DNA from: Podarcis muralis
Lineage: Eukaryota
Assembly: GCF_964188315.1 (NCBI RefSeq)
Contig: NC_135667.1
Coordinates: 13,640,001 to 13,691,572, forward strand
Direction: 5' to 3'
DNA: 51,572 nucleotides
A program made the translations under genes and the position numbers. Under the pieces are notes generated by a model that did not search any database, was not told the DNA's origin, and saw only the letters and a list, made by a program, of their open reading frames with translations. This document shows, in pieces, positions 32,637 to 44,431 of the stretch (position 1 is its first letter; each line of letters opens with the position of its first letter).

Positions 32637-33205
32637 ATCTGACTGGGCTTCCCCAGCCACTCTAGGCAGCTCCCAAAAGAATATTAAAAACACAATGAAA
32701 CATCAAACATTCAAAGCTTCCCTAAACAGGGCTGCTTTCAGACGTCTTCTAAAAGTTGCATAGTTCTTTATCTCCTTAACATCTGGTGGGAGAACAATCC
32801 ACAGGGAGGGCACCACTGCTGAGAAGGCATTCTGCCTGGTTCCCTGTAACCTCACTTCTTGCAGTGAGGGAACCACCAGAAGGCCCTTGGAGCTGGGCCT
32901 CAGTGTCCGGGCTAAATGATGGGGGTGGAGATGCTCCTTCAAGTATACTGGGCCGATGCCGGTGAGGGCTTTAAAGTTCAGCACCAACACTTTGAATTGT
33001 GCTCGGAAACATACTGGGAGTCAATGAAGGTCTTCCAGGACCAGCGTTATATGGTCTCGGCAGCCACTCTGTCACCAGTCTAGCTGCCGCATTCTGGATT
33101 AGTTGTAGTTTCCAGGTCACCTTCAAAGATAGCCCCACGTAGAGCGCATTGCAGTAGTCCAAGCAGGAGATAACCAGAGTAAGCACCACTCTGGAAAGAC
33201 AGTCT
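32637..33205 (-). mobile_element. L2 LINE 3' portion immediately upstream of the OR-A start
   Basis: Minus translations LVISCLDYCNALYVGL...LQLIQNAAARLV and FKALTGIGPVYLKEHL...; 3' end gctgcctagagtggctggggaagcccagtcagat. Confidence 0.8.
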
Positions 33206-33473
33206 CACCCTAACAGAAAGATTTACATAACATGACAGAGAGATTTACATATACCAAAAAGAAGTAACATCTGCCTTCCTGCCTATCACAGCTGTGAGTC
33301 TTTGCCTGTTTAAGAGTCATTCTTAACAAAGTACGACGCTGCTGCCTGATGTGCAATGTAAAACTATGCATGCTTTTGCAAAACTAAGTCCTGCTGTATT
33401 GATTTGTGTCACTTCCAAGTAACAACTGATCCACACCCTACATAAAACATAATTAAACTGTGGAACTCACTCC

Positions 33474-33563
33474 CATAGCTGTCAACTTTTCCCTTTTCTT
33501 GTGAGGAATCCTATTCGGAATAAGGGAATTTCCCTTTTAAAAAGGGAAACGTTGACAGCTATG
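33474..33563. mobile_element. 90-bp hairpin hAT-type MITE
   Basis: TIR catagctgtcaac/gttgacagctatg; 8-bp TSD ctcactcc/gtcactcc (7 of 8 match). Confidence 0.75.
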
Positions 33564-33652
33564 GTCACTCCTACAGAAGGCAATGATGGCCACCAAGCTA
33601 TACCCCTTTGAAAGAAAATTAGACCAATTAGTGGAGGACAAGGCTATCAACA

Positions 33653-33959
33653 AGGCTATCCATTCTTAAGGAAATCAGCCCTGAGTGCTCAGTGGAAGGA
33701 CAGATCCTGAAGCTGAGGCTCTAATACTTTGGCCACCTCATGAGAAGAGAAGACGCCCTGGAAAAGACCCTGATGTTGGGAAAGATGGAGGGCACAAGGA
33801 GAAGGGGACGACAGAGGACGAGATGGTTGGACAGTGTTCTCGAAGCTACCAGCATGAGTTTGACCAAACTGTGGGAGGCAGTGGAAGACAGGAATGCCTG
33901 GCGTGCTCTGGTCCATGGGGTCACGAAGAGTCAGACACGACTAAACGACTAAACAACAA
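33653..33959 (+). mobile_element. RTE-BovB 3' end
   Basis: MRREDALEKTLMLGKMEGTRRRGRQRTRWLD...WRALVHGVTKSQTRLND with (CAA)n tail; 14-bp TSD caaggctatcaaca (33639-33652, 33960-33973). Confidence 0.9.
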
Positions 33960-33989
33960 CAAGGCTATCAACAGCTACCAGCCACAATA

Positions 33990-34195
33990 GCTGCATTCTA
34001 CTTCCATTGTCAAAGGCATTATGACTGTGAATGCCGGTTTCTGGCAGCTGCAGGTGGGCAGAGTGCTGCTGCACTCATGTCCAGCTTACAGGCTTCCCAC
34101 AGGAGTCTTCTCAGCCACTGTGGGAAAATGGTGCTGCACCAGAGAGGCCATGGCCTTATCCAGCAGGCTTGTCTTGTGTTCTTATCCTTTTATGC
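33990..34195 (+). mobile_element. Degenerate SINE with L2-like tail
   Basis: ggcttcccacagg...ggccttatccagcaggcttgtcttgtgttctta tail resembles squamate L2-tailed SINEs. Confidence 0.45.
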
Positions 34196-34947
34196 TTGAT
34201 AATAACATGTTCCCCTTGTACCCTGCACTCTTCTAAGCATCTTGGACAAACGGTTTCAAAAATACACAGGTATGGAACAGCCTTTGCTTGGAAGCAAGCA
34301 CAGATGATTACAGTAGGACTTATTTTTTTCTCCACGACACAATACAGAAACAGCTACCAAGTTTCCCATACTGGAACAAACTCATGAAAAACAAACAGTT
34401 GCAAAATCAGATCGGAGGAAGATCAAAGGAACAGTGAGTGAAGAGGTTTGCTATGCTGAATCAAATCCTTACTGGCCCAATCTGGCCAATGGCTGCATCT
34501 ATTCAGATCCATCCTTCTAATATTCTTACCTCTTCCCCCATTTGACTTATTTGGCACCTCAGTAGCATTCCATGTGAAGATCCACCACCCTGAAGGCATC
34601 TCATATATGCTGTGTCACAAACCAAGAGGAGTATGTTGTTCTACGTGTTTTACAGTGGGACTTGGCAAGAAGAATGAACGGGCCTGTGCACAGAACAAAG
34701 GTTGAATGCATCTGATATATATATATATGGTGGCTCATGGAAATGAGTCCTTCAAGAACAATGTCATTAGTATCCACCAAAACAACAGCTCTTTGGAGAC
34801 TGATTGCCTCCCTCTGAAGCACTAGAGAGCCTCCTCGGGTAATGGTGTTTTCCTGGGTTATGCAAAGGGATTTATTAGAACAACCAAATGGATATAGTGT
34901 GTTATGGAGTCTCAAGCTGATAGAGGCACTTGATTGACTTTCTTTTA

Positions 34948-35189
34948 CAGTGGTACCTCAGGTTAAAGATGCTTCAGGTTGCAGACGCTTCAGGTTACAG
35001 ATTCCGCTAACCCAGAAATAGTACCTCGGGTTAAGAACTTTGCTTCAGGTTGAGAACAGAAATCGCACAACGGTGGCGCGGCAGCAGCGGGAGGCCCCAG
35101 TAGCTAAAGTGGTGCTTCAGGTTAAGAACAGTTTCAGGTTAAGAACGGACCTCCAGAACAAATTAAGTTCTTAACCCAAGGTACCACTG
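34948..35189. mobile_element. Tc1/mariner MITE (cagtggtacc family)
   Basis: TA|cagtggtacctcaggtta...taacccaaggtaccactg; internal cttcaggtta repeats. Confidence 0.8.
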
Positions 35190-35345
35190 TTTTTCCTTCT
35201 CTTACTGCAAGGTTGGCTAAACTGTGGGCCTCCAGCTGTTCCTGGACTCCCATCATCCCTGGACTTTGGCCATGCTGGTTGGGGTTGATGGGAGCTGGAG
35301 GCTAGCAGCATCAGGAATATGGCAGTCCTGCTATCCCCGTCCAAC

Positions 35346-35479
35346 NNNNNNNNNNNNNNNNNNNNNNNNNNNNNNNNNNNNNNNNNNNNNNNNNNNNNNN
35401 NNNNNNNNNNNNNNNNNNNNNNNNNNNNNNNNNNNNNNNNNNNNNNNNNNNNNNNNNNNNNNNNNNNNNNNNNNNNNNN
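35346..35479. other. Assembly gap (134 N)
   Basis: Run of N. Confidence 1.
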
Positions 35480-36578
35480 AGTGGGAAAACACTTTGTGCT
35501 TTAGTGTGGATATTGGGGAGAAGTGAACTTTACACAGAAACAGCAAATAATAAGAGATGGTCTATTACTGATGTGAGCCAGAATTTTTGGGGAGGGAGGT
35601 GGGGTTGAGATAAACAAGGCAATGGTTTTGAAAAGGAAGGGCAAGTTGATGGAGGGAGAGCTAATATTCTTCTACTCTTCCCTCCTCCCTTTGGAAAGGA
35701 CTACATGTAAGGATGGACAAATTTGTCATGTTTGGTTTGTCATTTTTCCAATCTTAAATTCAGTTAACATTTCCAAAGCTTTTTGTGGTTTTCCTTTTTA
35801 AAGAAAAGGGGAAACAAAGAAATTCTGTTAAAAGTAATCATTTTGGGAGTATTTTTGGGAGTATTTCTCCTAATACACCCTAATTGGGGAGGGGGGTTCC
35901 CCAAAATAGCCACATGATTCCTGAACATGCCCAGTGCCCACAGGATGCTGTGAGGAAAGAAAAAGGAAAAAAGGAAAGTGTTACGGTAACTGGGAGAGGG
36001 AGAAATGGAGAGCTGGATATGGAAGAAGTGAGTGTGAAGGGCGTTATATCCAATGCTATTCCTAGTCAGGGAAAATGCATTGAAATGGATGAACATGATG
36101 ATGGACTCACCGGTACTTTCATTGGCCCATGTCTAGAAAGCTCAGGTCCATGAGGTTTTCTGCTTGTCTTCTGCTTTTTAGGTATGGATCCGAGCATTTT
36201 CCCACTTGTCTCACTGCTTACCACAGGGAATCCAGCTCCTCCCCACTGAATCAGAGTGTACGTCAATCTGCGGAAAACCTGACCGACGTTTTCTCTGATT
36301 CAGTGGAAAAAAGCAGGTTTTCCCAAGGGAAAGAAGTGGGACAACCGCTCACCCACTCACTGTTTTCAGCTGGCACCGACCCCTTGATTTGCACCCCTGC
36401 CAAGCCAAACCCCCCCCCCCTCACTCACTCTGGGATACTTGCTAACTGATAAGGGAGAGCTTTGAAGGCTTCCACCATCATCTACATGTCACATTTTTGT
36501 GACCGCCCCCCACATTACTTCCAGTCATGGCTGCTTCTGCTGCTTATACAACCAACATGGAATGGATCATGCAGAGGA

Positions 36579-36922
36579 GGGACGCAGGTGGAGCTGTGGT
36601 CTAAACCACTGAGCCTCTCTTGGGCTTGTGATCAGAAGGTCGGCAGTTCGAATCCATGTGACGGAGTGTGCTCCTGTTGCTTTGTCCCAGCTTCTGACAA
36701 CCTAGCTGTTTGAAAGCACTCCAGTGCAAGTAGATAAAAAGGTACCACTGTGGCATTTGCGTGTGTTCTGGCTTCCATCATGGTGTTCCATTGCACCAGA
36801 AGTGGTTTAGTCATGCTGGTCCCATGACCTAGAAAGCTGTGTGTAGACAAACGCCACCTCCCGCAGCCTGAAAAGCAAGATGAGTACCGTATCCCATAGT
36901 CGCCTTTGACTGGACTTAAATG
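36579..36922 (+). mobile_element. Sauria SINE (copy a, left anchor of the duplication)
   Basis: tRNA-like head gggacgcaggtgg...ggttcgaatcc, body and gactggacttaa tail. Confidence 0.85.
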
Positions 36923-38008
36923 TATAGGGGCTCATGCATAACAGGGGGTATTGGTAGGCCTGAGGAAGTATAAAACCTTTAGAAATCAAACAAAATGTTA
37001 AGGCACCCTCTGTAGGGTTTTGGTGGTTGTGTATATGTATATGTAGCAATATTAGAGTAATCAAGGTAAAGTATAATATGTGAATTAGAGTATGTGTCAG
37101 GTTGGGAGGTGGTGAACATGTGCTTGGAATAGTGAAAGTGATAGGATAGGAGAAGAGTTTAGAGTTTGGCAGTGGAGAGAAGTGAAAGAATGTGGTCAAT
37201 AGGCATGAAATGTTGACCAGTTGTTGCAGTGGAATAGAGATAGGGAATGGAATAGACCATTCTAGTCCAAATTGTAAACATCTGATCATTATCTCTCTCA
37301 TTGCAGGTCTGGATATCTTGGTTTGTTGTTTGTTTTCAATATTCCTTCTCTCCTTTTTCTTGCAAAAAGTCAATGTGTCTGTCAGGATGCTGTCAGTGGC
37401 TCCCAGCTGCTTGCCCAAGAAAGTATAAAGACAAGGAAAAGTTTCTTACCGTCCTTTTTTATTTAAATATTACAGAGAGAGGCTACATAATCCAGCCACT
37501 TGGACAATGGCATTGTCCACCCCCACTCCACCCCCGTCTCTCCCACTTCCTCATTTGTCACTTCTACTGGTGCTGCTAGGTGCCCTCTGTCTTTGAGCTC
37601 TTTGGTCTCCAACTTTAAGGCTCGCCAGGTTATGGGAGATGAGGGGTCTGGAATGGTTTCTAAATACACCATGTCAGCCAGCTGCCATTACAGTCCTGTC
37701 TCCTCCTCTTCCATTATTTCCCAACTTTCCCCCTAATCTGCCTCTGGCGGGGTCAGGATAGGGAGGCAGTCTCCACCATTCCTCCTCTACCCAGTCCCTG
37801 ACAATATCCATGCTGACCTATAAAAAAATCCCAAGTTCACATTAAATCCATACCTTTTGTTAAGCTTCACATTGATCTCACAAAACAGCATGCAAGCTTT
37901 TGAGAGACAGAAGAGCAGTAGGTTGGGGTGGGAAGAGTGAAAGGTTGGCTGACGTTGGAGCCATAGAGTCTTCCCTTAATCATAGTCCTAAAACGGCTAA
38001 GGATGCTT

Positions 38009-38971
38009 TTACACAATCAGCTTTCTCTTCACCAGTCCCATCTTCCTCCTCTGCAACCTGCCCACTGCCTCCTTCACCTGATCATTCCTCAGACAATAGA
38101 TCAAAGGATTCAGAGATGGTGTAATTGCAGTAAAGAACAGTGTTACTACTTTAGTAACATGTGATTGGCTTTCTCCACTTGGAACTACATACATCCCAGC
38201 CACCGTGCCATAGAAAAGGGTGACCACCACTAGGTGGAAGGATATGGTGGAGAAGGCTTTCATCCGACTGCCTCGTCTAGAAGACTTGGTCAGCGTGAGA
38301 ATCACAGCACCATAGGATAGCACAACAAAGAACAGGTTGCCTAGAACAATGAGACCATCCACAGAAAACTGGCAGATAATGGGAATATTTCCGACAGGAG
38401 GGCAAGCCAGTGAGAGAATTGGCCCCGGATCACACACAAAGTGGTCAATGATGTTGGGGCCACAGAAGGACAACTTGGAGATCAAAATAACTGGACCAAT
38501 GTGCCATAGAAAGCCAGAACCCCAACAAGTGGCCACCAGGACATAGCAGGACTTGTGGGACATAATTTGTGGGTAACGCAGTGGGTGGCAGATAGCCAAG
38601 TACCGATCCAAAGCCATGGCTGACAGGAAGAAGCACTCTGTGTGCCCAAGAGAGAAGAAGATGTAGAACTGAAGGAAGCACTCATGGAAGGAGATGACTC
38701 CACATGGGAATGCCAGGTCAAAGAGCATACGGGGCACAGTGGTGGAGACGTAGCATATCTCTAGCCAGGAGAAATTGCTCAACAGGATGTACATGGGTAG
38801 CCGGGCCAACTGGACATCTGCATGGACCAGCATGATTATGGTGATGTTCTCAGCCAAAGTCAGAATGTAGAGCACAGCAAAAATGGCAAGGAGCAAGTGC
38901 CGCTTCTGCTGCCCAATTTGAAAGCCCAGCAAAATGAATTCCTCAACTGTGCTGCCATTGGCCAACTCCAT
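38009..38971 (-). CDS. OR-B: olfactory receptor, class II (OR11/OR6-like), 320 aa
   Basis: MELANGSTVEEFILLGF...MALDRYLAICHPLRY...PSLNPLIYCLRN; ATG directly follows a pyrimidine-rich ...ttccag acceptor. Confidence 0.92.
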   Translation of the reverse strand: MELANGSTVEEFILLGFQIGQQKRHLLLAIFAVLYILTLAENITIIMLVHADVQLARLPMYILLSNFSWLEICYVSTTVPRMLFDLAFPCGVISFHECFLQFYIFFSLGHTECFFLSAMALDRYLAICHPLRYPQIMSHKSCYVLVATCWGSGFLWHIGPVILISKLSFCGPNIIDHFVCDPGPILSLACPPVGNIPIICQFSVDGLIVLGNLFFVVLSYGAVILTLTKSSRRGSRMKAFSTISFHLVVVTLFYGTVAGMYVVPSGESQSHVTKVVTLFFTAITPSLNPLIYCLRNDQVKEAVGRLQRRKMGLVKRKLIV

Positions 38972-39169
38972 CTGGAATGAGAGAAGTGCTATCACAAACA
39001 CTCACTAAGTGGTGTACATGATACCGTTGTCAATAACACAAGGATAAACACAGTGAAACTTAAAAACAAATGTTGGTAGTCAAGATACCAACGTATTCTA
39101 GGCTGGGACCAAAATAGTGTTATTATGTAATCTTAAGGATTTGATTAATAACACTGATCTTGAATTATT

Positions 39170-39370
39170 AGGAATAAAATCATATGGAGAGATGCCTTCT
39201 ACCAAGACAGACCACTGGTTCATCTTCCTCAGTACTGTCCACACTGTTTTGAAGCAGCTCTTGAGGTTTTCAGTCAGGGGTCTCTCTCTCCAAGTCCTAA
39301 CTGAAGATTTTATGGCTTGAACCTGAGTCCCTCTGCATGGCAAGCAGCTGCTCTGTCATTGAGCCAAGGC
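39170..39370 (-). mobile_element. Degenerate tRNA-derived SINE (duplicate at about 44635-44835)
   Basis: Reverse-complement similarity to the SINE at 49765-49956. Confidence 0.5.
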
Positions 39371-40127
39371 ACTTGCCAAGTATTCTAAACTCACCTACGT
39401 CTGCTAAAACGTGTATAGGTGGAAACTAGAAGAAAAGTTACTCCACTGTTATCAGAATGGTATGTCAGATTATGGAATAACTGAATACTTGTTACTTCTG
39501 TTCTGGCAGATCCTCTCTTGTAGTGGTGATGTTGATCTGTAAGCTTCTCTGGGACGCTCTGGGGTAGAAATGGTACAAATAGAAAGATAAGTAAATAATA
39601 GTAATTGTTTCTTCCTTCTCTCACACATGGGATATTTTATAACGGTGTATCAACATTCCCTCCCCATAATCTTATCTCTTGTGAAGAGATGCATCCCTCT
39701 GTGTTTCTCACTCCAATCTACTTTGCCTAAGTAAAGGTTTCCATTTCTTTACCTGAACAGCATGCAAGGGGTCAATCCATCCAGCAGAAGGCTCACCACA
39801 ATGGTGAGTTTGCAGTGTGTGTTGTGTGTGAAAGAAGTACCTAATTGCTTCTGGTGCCTTTCAGTTGTGACACTGTGTGGGTTGGGTGGAAAGATATGGT
39901 TGTTCTGCCTGTGGACCAAAGCTTGGATGCTGATGTTATATATTCAACAGCCCTTGGGGACGTGCGTCTCAGGAATATTACCATTATCTACCAAAACAGA
40001 CTGTCTTTGAGGACACGCCATCTTAATTTGCTGTGGTGAAACACAGGAAATTTCCACAGGTAGTTAATTGTCTGTTGTTTTGAGCTTAAGATGCCAAATT
40101 GTTCAGGGTGTTAAAATTGTGAGGAGT

Positions 40128-40223
40128 TCCCAAGGGGTCTCATAAAAACAAAGGAAAGTGTATTAAGAGAGAAAAGGTAAATAAGTGTAAAGTGAGGCAT
40201 AACTTCACATACACACTAATTAG
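40128..40223 (-). promoter_or_regulatory. Candidate OR-B promoter: O/E (EBF) site plus homeodomain site
   Basis: TCCCAAGGGG at 40128-40137 and CTAATTAG at 40216-40223, upstream of a cag|gtaaag donor (exon end 39753). Confidence 0.5.
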
Positions 40224-41039
40224 GTCTGGATTGGCAGGACCTGACCAGGAAAAAGATTTTGGTCTTGTAACAGGCAGATTCATGAAACTGCAGTATGTGG
40301 CAGTTGTGAAAAGGGAATTTCATGTTAGGGGTCATTAGGAAATGGATTGAAAGTAAATCTGTCCAAATCATGGCCATATTATTAGCATACAATTTTGAGT
40401 TTTCTGAAAGAAAATAACATCCCAATTGATACAAATGTAAAGATACGATGATACTGCCATTCCAGGCAATCAAAAGCTTTATTAAAGTCCAAAGAGAGTA
40501 AGGCGAAATGACGGTGATGTAAAGATAACATCAAACAATTTTTGAATAGTGTCGAAAATATGTCTGCAGGGGATAAACCCCATTTGGTCAGAATGGATGA
40601 GTCTCTAACAACCAAATTTTGTTGCAATGCCAAAAAAGAAGAAAACATTTTTTGATCTTGATTCAATAATGTAATAGGACAGAGGTTTCCAAGGTTTCTG
40701 AGTCCACAGCTCCCTTGACGAACAACATTCTTTCTGTGGCATCCCTGTGGGCCTCAGGAGCCCAGTTATGACACCCCTTGCCTGCAGAACTGGCAGCTTC
40801 TCACCCTTTTTAAACAACCTTCCTTGTGAAGTGTTCCCTCAGCCTCCTCTCCCCTGTCCTTGGGAGTCCTCCGGGCAGCCGCAGGTCTCTGGGCTGCCCC
40901 CTTCCCCAAAGAGAGGTGCTTCCTCACACTGACCCAAAAATTGGAAGGTGTGGGGAAAGTGGCAGAAAGTGATTTTCCCCATTTCCCCCCAGGCCTTCAC
41001 ATCTGATATTCAGAGGCATTCTGCTGCCAGCAGTGGAGG

Positions 41040-41500
41040 TGTCCCAGAGACCTCATAGGTAGTAACCATAGGTAGACTTATCCTCCATTAATACTTCTAA
41101 CCTTCTTTTAAAGACTTCCATGTTGGCAACTATCAATGTAGTGGCTGCAAACTTTAAAGATTAACTAGATGCTATTTGTATCTTCCTACATTCAGCTTCT
41201 TTGGATGGCCACAAATATTATGAAAAGGGGAGAAAACCTTCACAGCAACTACCTTCACAGCAACTACTTTCTCTGCACCTTGCATAATCTTATAATACTT
41301 TATCATGTCCCACCATACCACTTTTTCCAAACTCAAAATCCCTAAATTTTGTAACCCTTCCTCATAGGGGTCTCTCCAGTTCCTTCCATCATTTCAGTTG
41401 CCCTTTTCTAAAGCTTTCCTAACTCTACTATATTCTCTTTTCTGTGTGGTGGCTCTACACACTATCTAAATGTGATCCAGGCATAAATTAGAATAATGGC
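41040..41500 (-). mobile_element. Degenerate CR1 3' fragment (duplicate at about 46505-46965)
   Basis: ctttttccaaactcaaaatccctaaa...cctcatagg...cagttgcccttttct resembles the reverse complement of the CR1 RT C-terminus. Confidence 0.55.
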
Positions 41501-41810
41501 ACTATGATATTAGGCACTTAAAAACACCTCTGATGCATCTGGCACCACCAACCTGGTATCCCAGTGGCCAGACAAGATGCTTATAGGAAGCTGACAAGCA
41601 AAACCTGAAACAACACTCTTCCCATTCCCTAGCACCTGATATTCAAAGGCATACCACCTCTGACAGGGGAGAAAGAGCATAGCCATTGTGGCTAGAAGCC
41701 ATTAAGAGACCTATCCTCAATTAATGTGTCTAATCCTGTTTTAAAGGTGCCCAAGTTGAGTGGGATAAATCCAGCCTCGTATAACCAATATGCTTAACTC
41801 TAATCAATGC

Positions 41811-42152
41811 AGGATGCGGGTGGCACTGTGGTCTAAACCACAGAGCCTAGGGCTTGCTGATCAGAAGGCTGGCAGTTCGAAACCCTGTGACGGGGTGAGC
41901 TCCTGTTGCTCGGTCCCTGCTCCTGCCAACCTAGCAGTTCAAAAGCACGTCAAAGTGCAAGTAGATAAATAGGTACCGCTCCGACAGGAAGGTAAACGGC
42001 ATTTCCGTGCGCTGCTCTGGTTCGTCAGAAGTGGTTGAGTCATGCTGGTCACATGACCCAGAAAGCTGTCTGTGGACAAACGCCGCCTCCCTCAGCCTGA
42101 AAAGGAAGATGATCACCATATCCCATAGTCGCCTTTGACATAACTTAACCAT
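41811..42152 (+). mobile_element. Chimeric Sauria SINE at the duplication junction
   Basis: 5' flank and 5' body match copy b (47276); 3' tail and 3' flank match copy a (36579). Confidence 0.85.
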
Positions 42153-42479
42153 ATAGGGGCTCATGCATAACAGGGGGTATTGGTAGGCCTGAGGACGTAT
42201 AAAACCTTTAGAAAATGAACAAAATGTAAAAGCACCCTCTGTAGTGTTTTTGTGGTTGTCTATATGATATTATATGTATATGTAGCTATATTAGAGTAAT
42301 CAAGGTAAAGTTTAATATGTGGATTAAAGTATGTATCAGGTTGGGAGGGGGAGAAAATGTGCTTGGAATAGTGAAAGTGATAGGATAGGAGAAGAGTTTA
42401 GGTTTTGGCAGTGGAGAGAAGTGAAAGAATATGGTCAATAGGCATGAAATGTTGACCAATTGTTGCAGTGGAATAGTGA

Positions 42480-42890
42480 CAGGGAATGGAATAGGATGGA
42501 GTATCCTGGAAAGGGAACTGTATGGCTGCATGGCATCCTGAAGAGGTAACCTTTTGTGTCAAGATAACATTTGTGCATTGTGCTACTGTTCTTAACTGAA
42601 GGAGGAAGCTGCCTTGATTTGGTCTCCCCTCTGACCTTTTTCGCCTGGTTAGTTCATTTTGCACATCCTGACAGAGCAAAACATTTTTTTTACGAAGAAG
42701 CACCATTCTTGTCCAAATGATAAACATCTTATCATTATCGCTCTCATTGCAGGGCTTGATATCTTGGTTTGTTGTTTGTTTTCAATATTCCTTCTCCCCT
42801 TTTTCTTGCATAATGTCAATGTATCTGTCAGGATGCTGTCAGAGGTTCCCAGCTGGTTGCCCAAGAAAGTATAAAGACAAGGAGAAGTTT
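42480..42890 (-). mobile_element. L1 ORF1 C-terminal remnant (shorter copy at about 37255-37440)
   Basis: Frame-broken PAMRAIMIRCLSF...LLCQDV...RRKR...FPF resembles the L1 ORF1 C-terminus. Confidence 0.45.
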
Positions 42891-43468
42891 CTTACTGTCC
42901 TTTTTTATTTAAATATTACAGAGAGAGGCTACATAACCCAGCCTCTTGGATAATGGCATTGTCCCGAGTGAATCTCCACCCCCACCCCACCCCCGTCTCT
43001 CCCACTTCCTCATTTGTCACTTCTACTGTTGCTGCTAGGTGCCCTCTGTCTTTGAGCTCTTTGCTCTCCTACTTTTAAGGCTCACCAGGTTATGGGAGAT
43101 GAGGGGTCTGGAATGGTTTCTAAATACACCATGTCAGCCAGCTGCCGTTCCAGTCCTGTCTCCTCCCCTTCCATTATTTCCCAACTTTCCCCCTAATCTG
43201 CCTCTAGAGGTGTCGGGATAGGGAGGCAGTCTCCACTATTGCTCCTCTACCCAGTCCCTGACAGTATCCATGCTGACCTATAAAAAAATCCCAAGTTCAC
43301 ATTAAATCCATACCTTTTGTTAAGCTTCACATTGATCTCACAAAATAGCATGCAAGCTTTTGAGAGACAGAAGAGTTGTAGGTTGGGGTGGGCAGAGTGA
43401 AAGGTTGGCTGATGTTGGAGCCATGGAGTCTTTCCTTAATCTTAGTCCTAAAACGGCTAAGGATGCTT

Positions 43469-44431
43469 TTACACAATCAGCTTTCTCTTCACCAGTCCCA
43501 TCTTCCTCCTCTGCAATCTGCCCACTGCCTCCTTCACCTGATCATTCCTCAGACAATAGATCAAAGGATTCAGAGATGGTGTAATTGCAGTAAAGAACAG
43601 TGTTACTACTTTAGTAACATGTGATTGGCTTTCTCCACTTGGAACTACATACATCCCGGCCACTGTGCCATAGAAAAGGGTGACCACCACTAGGTGAAAG
43701 GATATGGTGGAGAAGGCTTTCATGCGGTAGCCTCGTCTAGAAGACTTGGTCAGCGTGAGAATCACAGCACCATAGGATAGCATAACAAAGAACAGGTTGC
43801 CTAGAACAATGAGACCATCCATAGAAAACTGGCAGATAATGGGAATGTTTCCAACAGGAGGGCAAGCCAGTGAGAGAATTGGCCCCGGATCACACACAAA
43901 GTGGTCAATGATGTTGGGGCCACAGAAGGACAACTTGGAGATCAAAATAACTGGACCAATGTGCCATAGAAAGCCCAAAACCCAACAAGCGCCCACCAGG
44001 GCATAGCAGGACTTGTTGGACATCATTTGTGGGTAACGCAGTGGGTTGCAGATAGCCAAGTACCTATCCAAAGCCATGGCTGACAGGAAGAAGCATTCTG
44101 TGTAGCCAAGAGAGAAGAAGATGTAGAACTGAAGGAAGCACTCATGGAAGGAGATGACGCCACATGGGAATGCCAGGTCAAAGAGCATACGGGGCACAGT
44201 GGTGGAGACGTAGCATATCTCTAGCAAGGAGAAATTGCTCAACAGGATGTACATGGGTAGCCGGGCCAATTGGACATCGGCATGGACCAGCATGATTATG
44301 ATGATGTTCTCAGCCAAAGTGAGGATGTAGATCACAGCAAAAATGGCAAGCAGCAAGTGCCGCTTCTGCTGCCCAATTTGAAAGCCCAGCAAAATGAATT
44401 CCTCAACTGTGCTGCCATTGGCCAACTCCAT
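43469..44431 (-). CDS. OR-C: olfactory receptor, tandem duplicate of OR-B, 320 aa
   Basis: Same length and motifs as OR-B, offset 5460 bp, open ORF. Confidence 0.92.
   Translation of the reverse strand: MELANGSTVEEFILLGFQIGQQKRHLLLAIFAVIYILTLAENIIIIMLVHADVQLARLPMYILLSNFSLLEICYVSTTVPRMLFDLAFPCGVISFHECFLQFYIFFSLGYTECFFLSAMALDRYLAICNPLRYPQMMSNKSCYALVGACWVLGFLWHIGPVILISKLSFCGPNIIDHFVCDPGPILSLACPPVGNIPIICQFSMDGLIVLGNLFFVMLSYGAVILTLTKSSRRGYRMKAFSTISFHLVVVTLFYGTVAGMYVVPSGESQSHVTKVVTLFFTAITPSLNPLIYCLRNDQVKEAVGRLQRRKMGLVKRKLIV

Noticed and set aside
36579-36660. tRNA-like A/B-box sequences as tRNA genes (also 41811, 47276, 48754, 49765)
   Set aside because: They are SINE heads continuing into SINE bodies, with no complete cloverleaf.
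38972-39001. N-terminal extensions of the OR ORFs in the track (MFVIALLSFQ; also 44432-44461, 50267-50395, 32624-32629)
   Set aside because: They begin at non-ATG codons or run through the splice acceptor preceding the shared MELAN start, so they are intronic.
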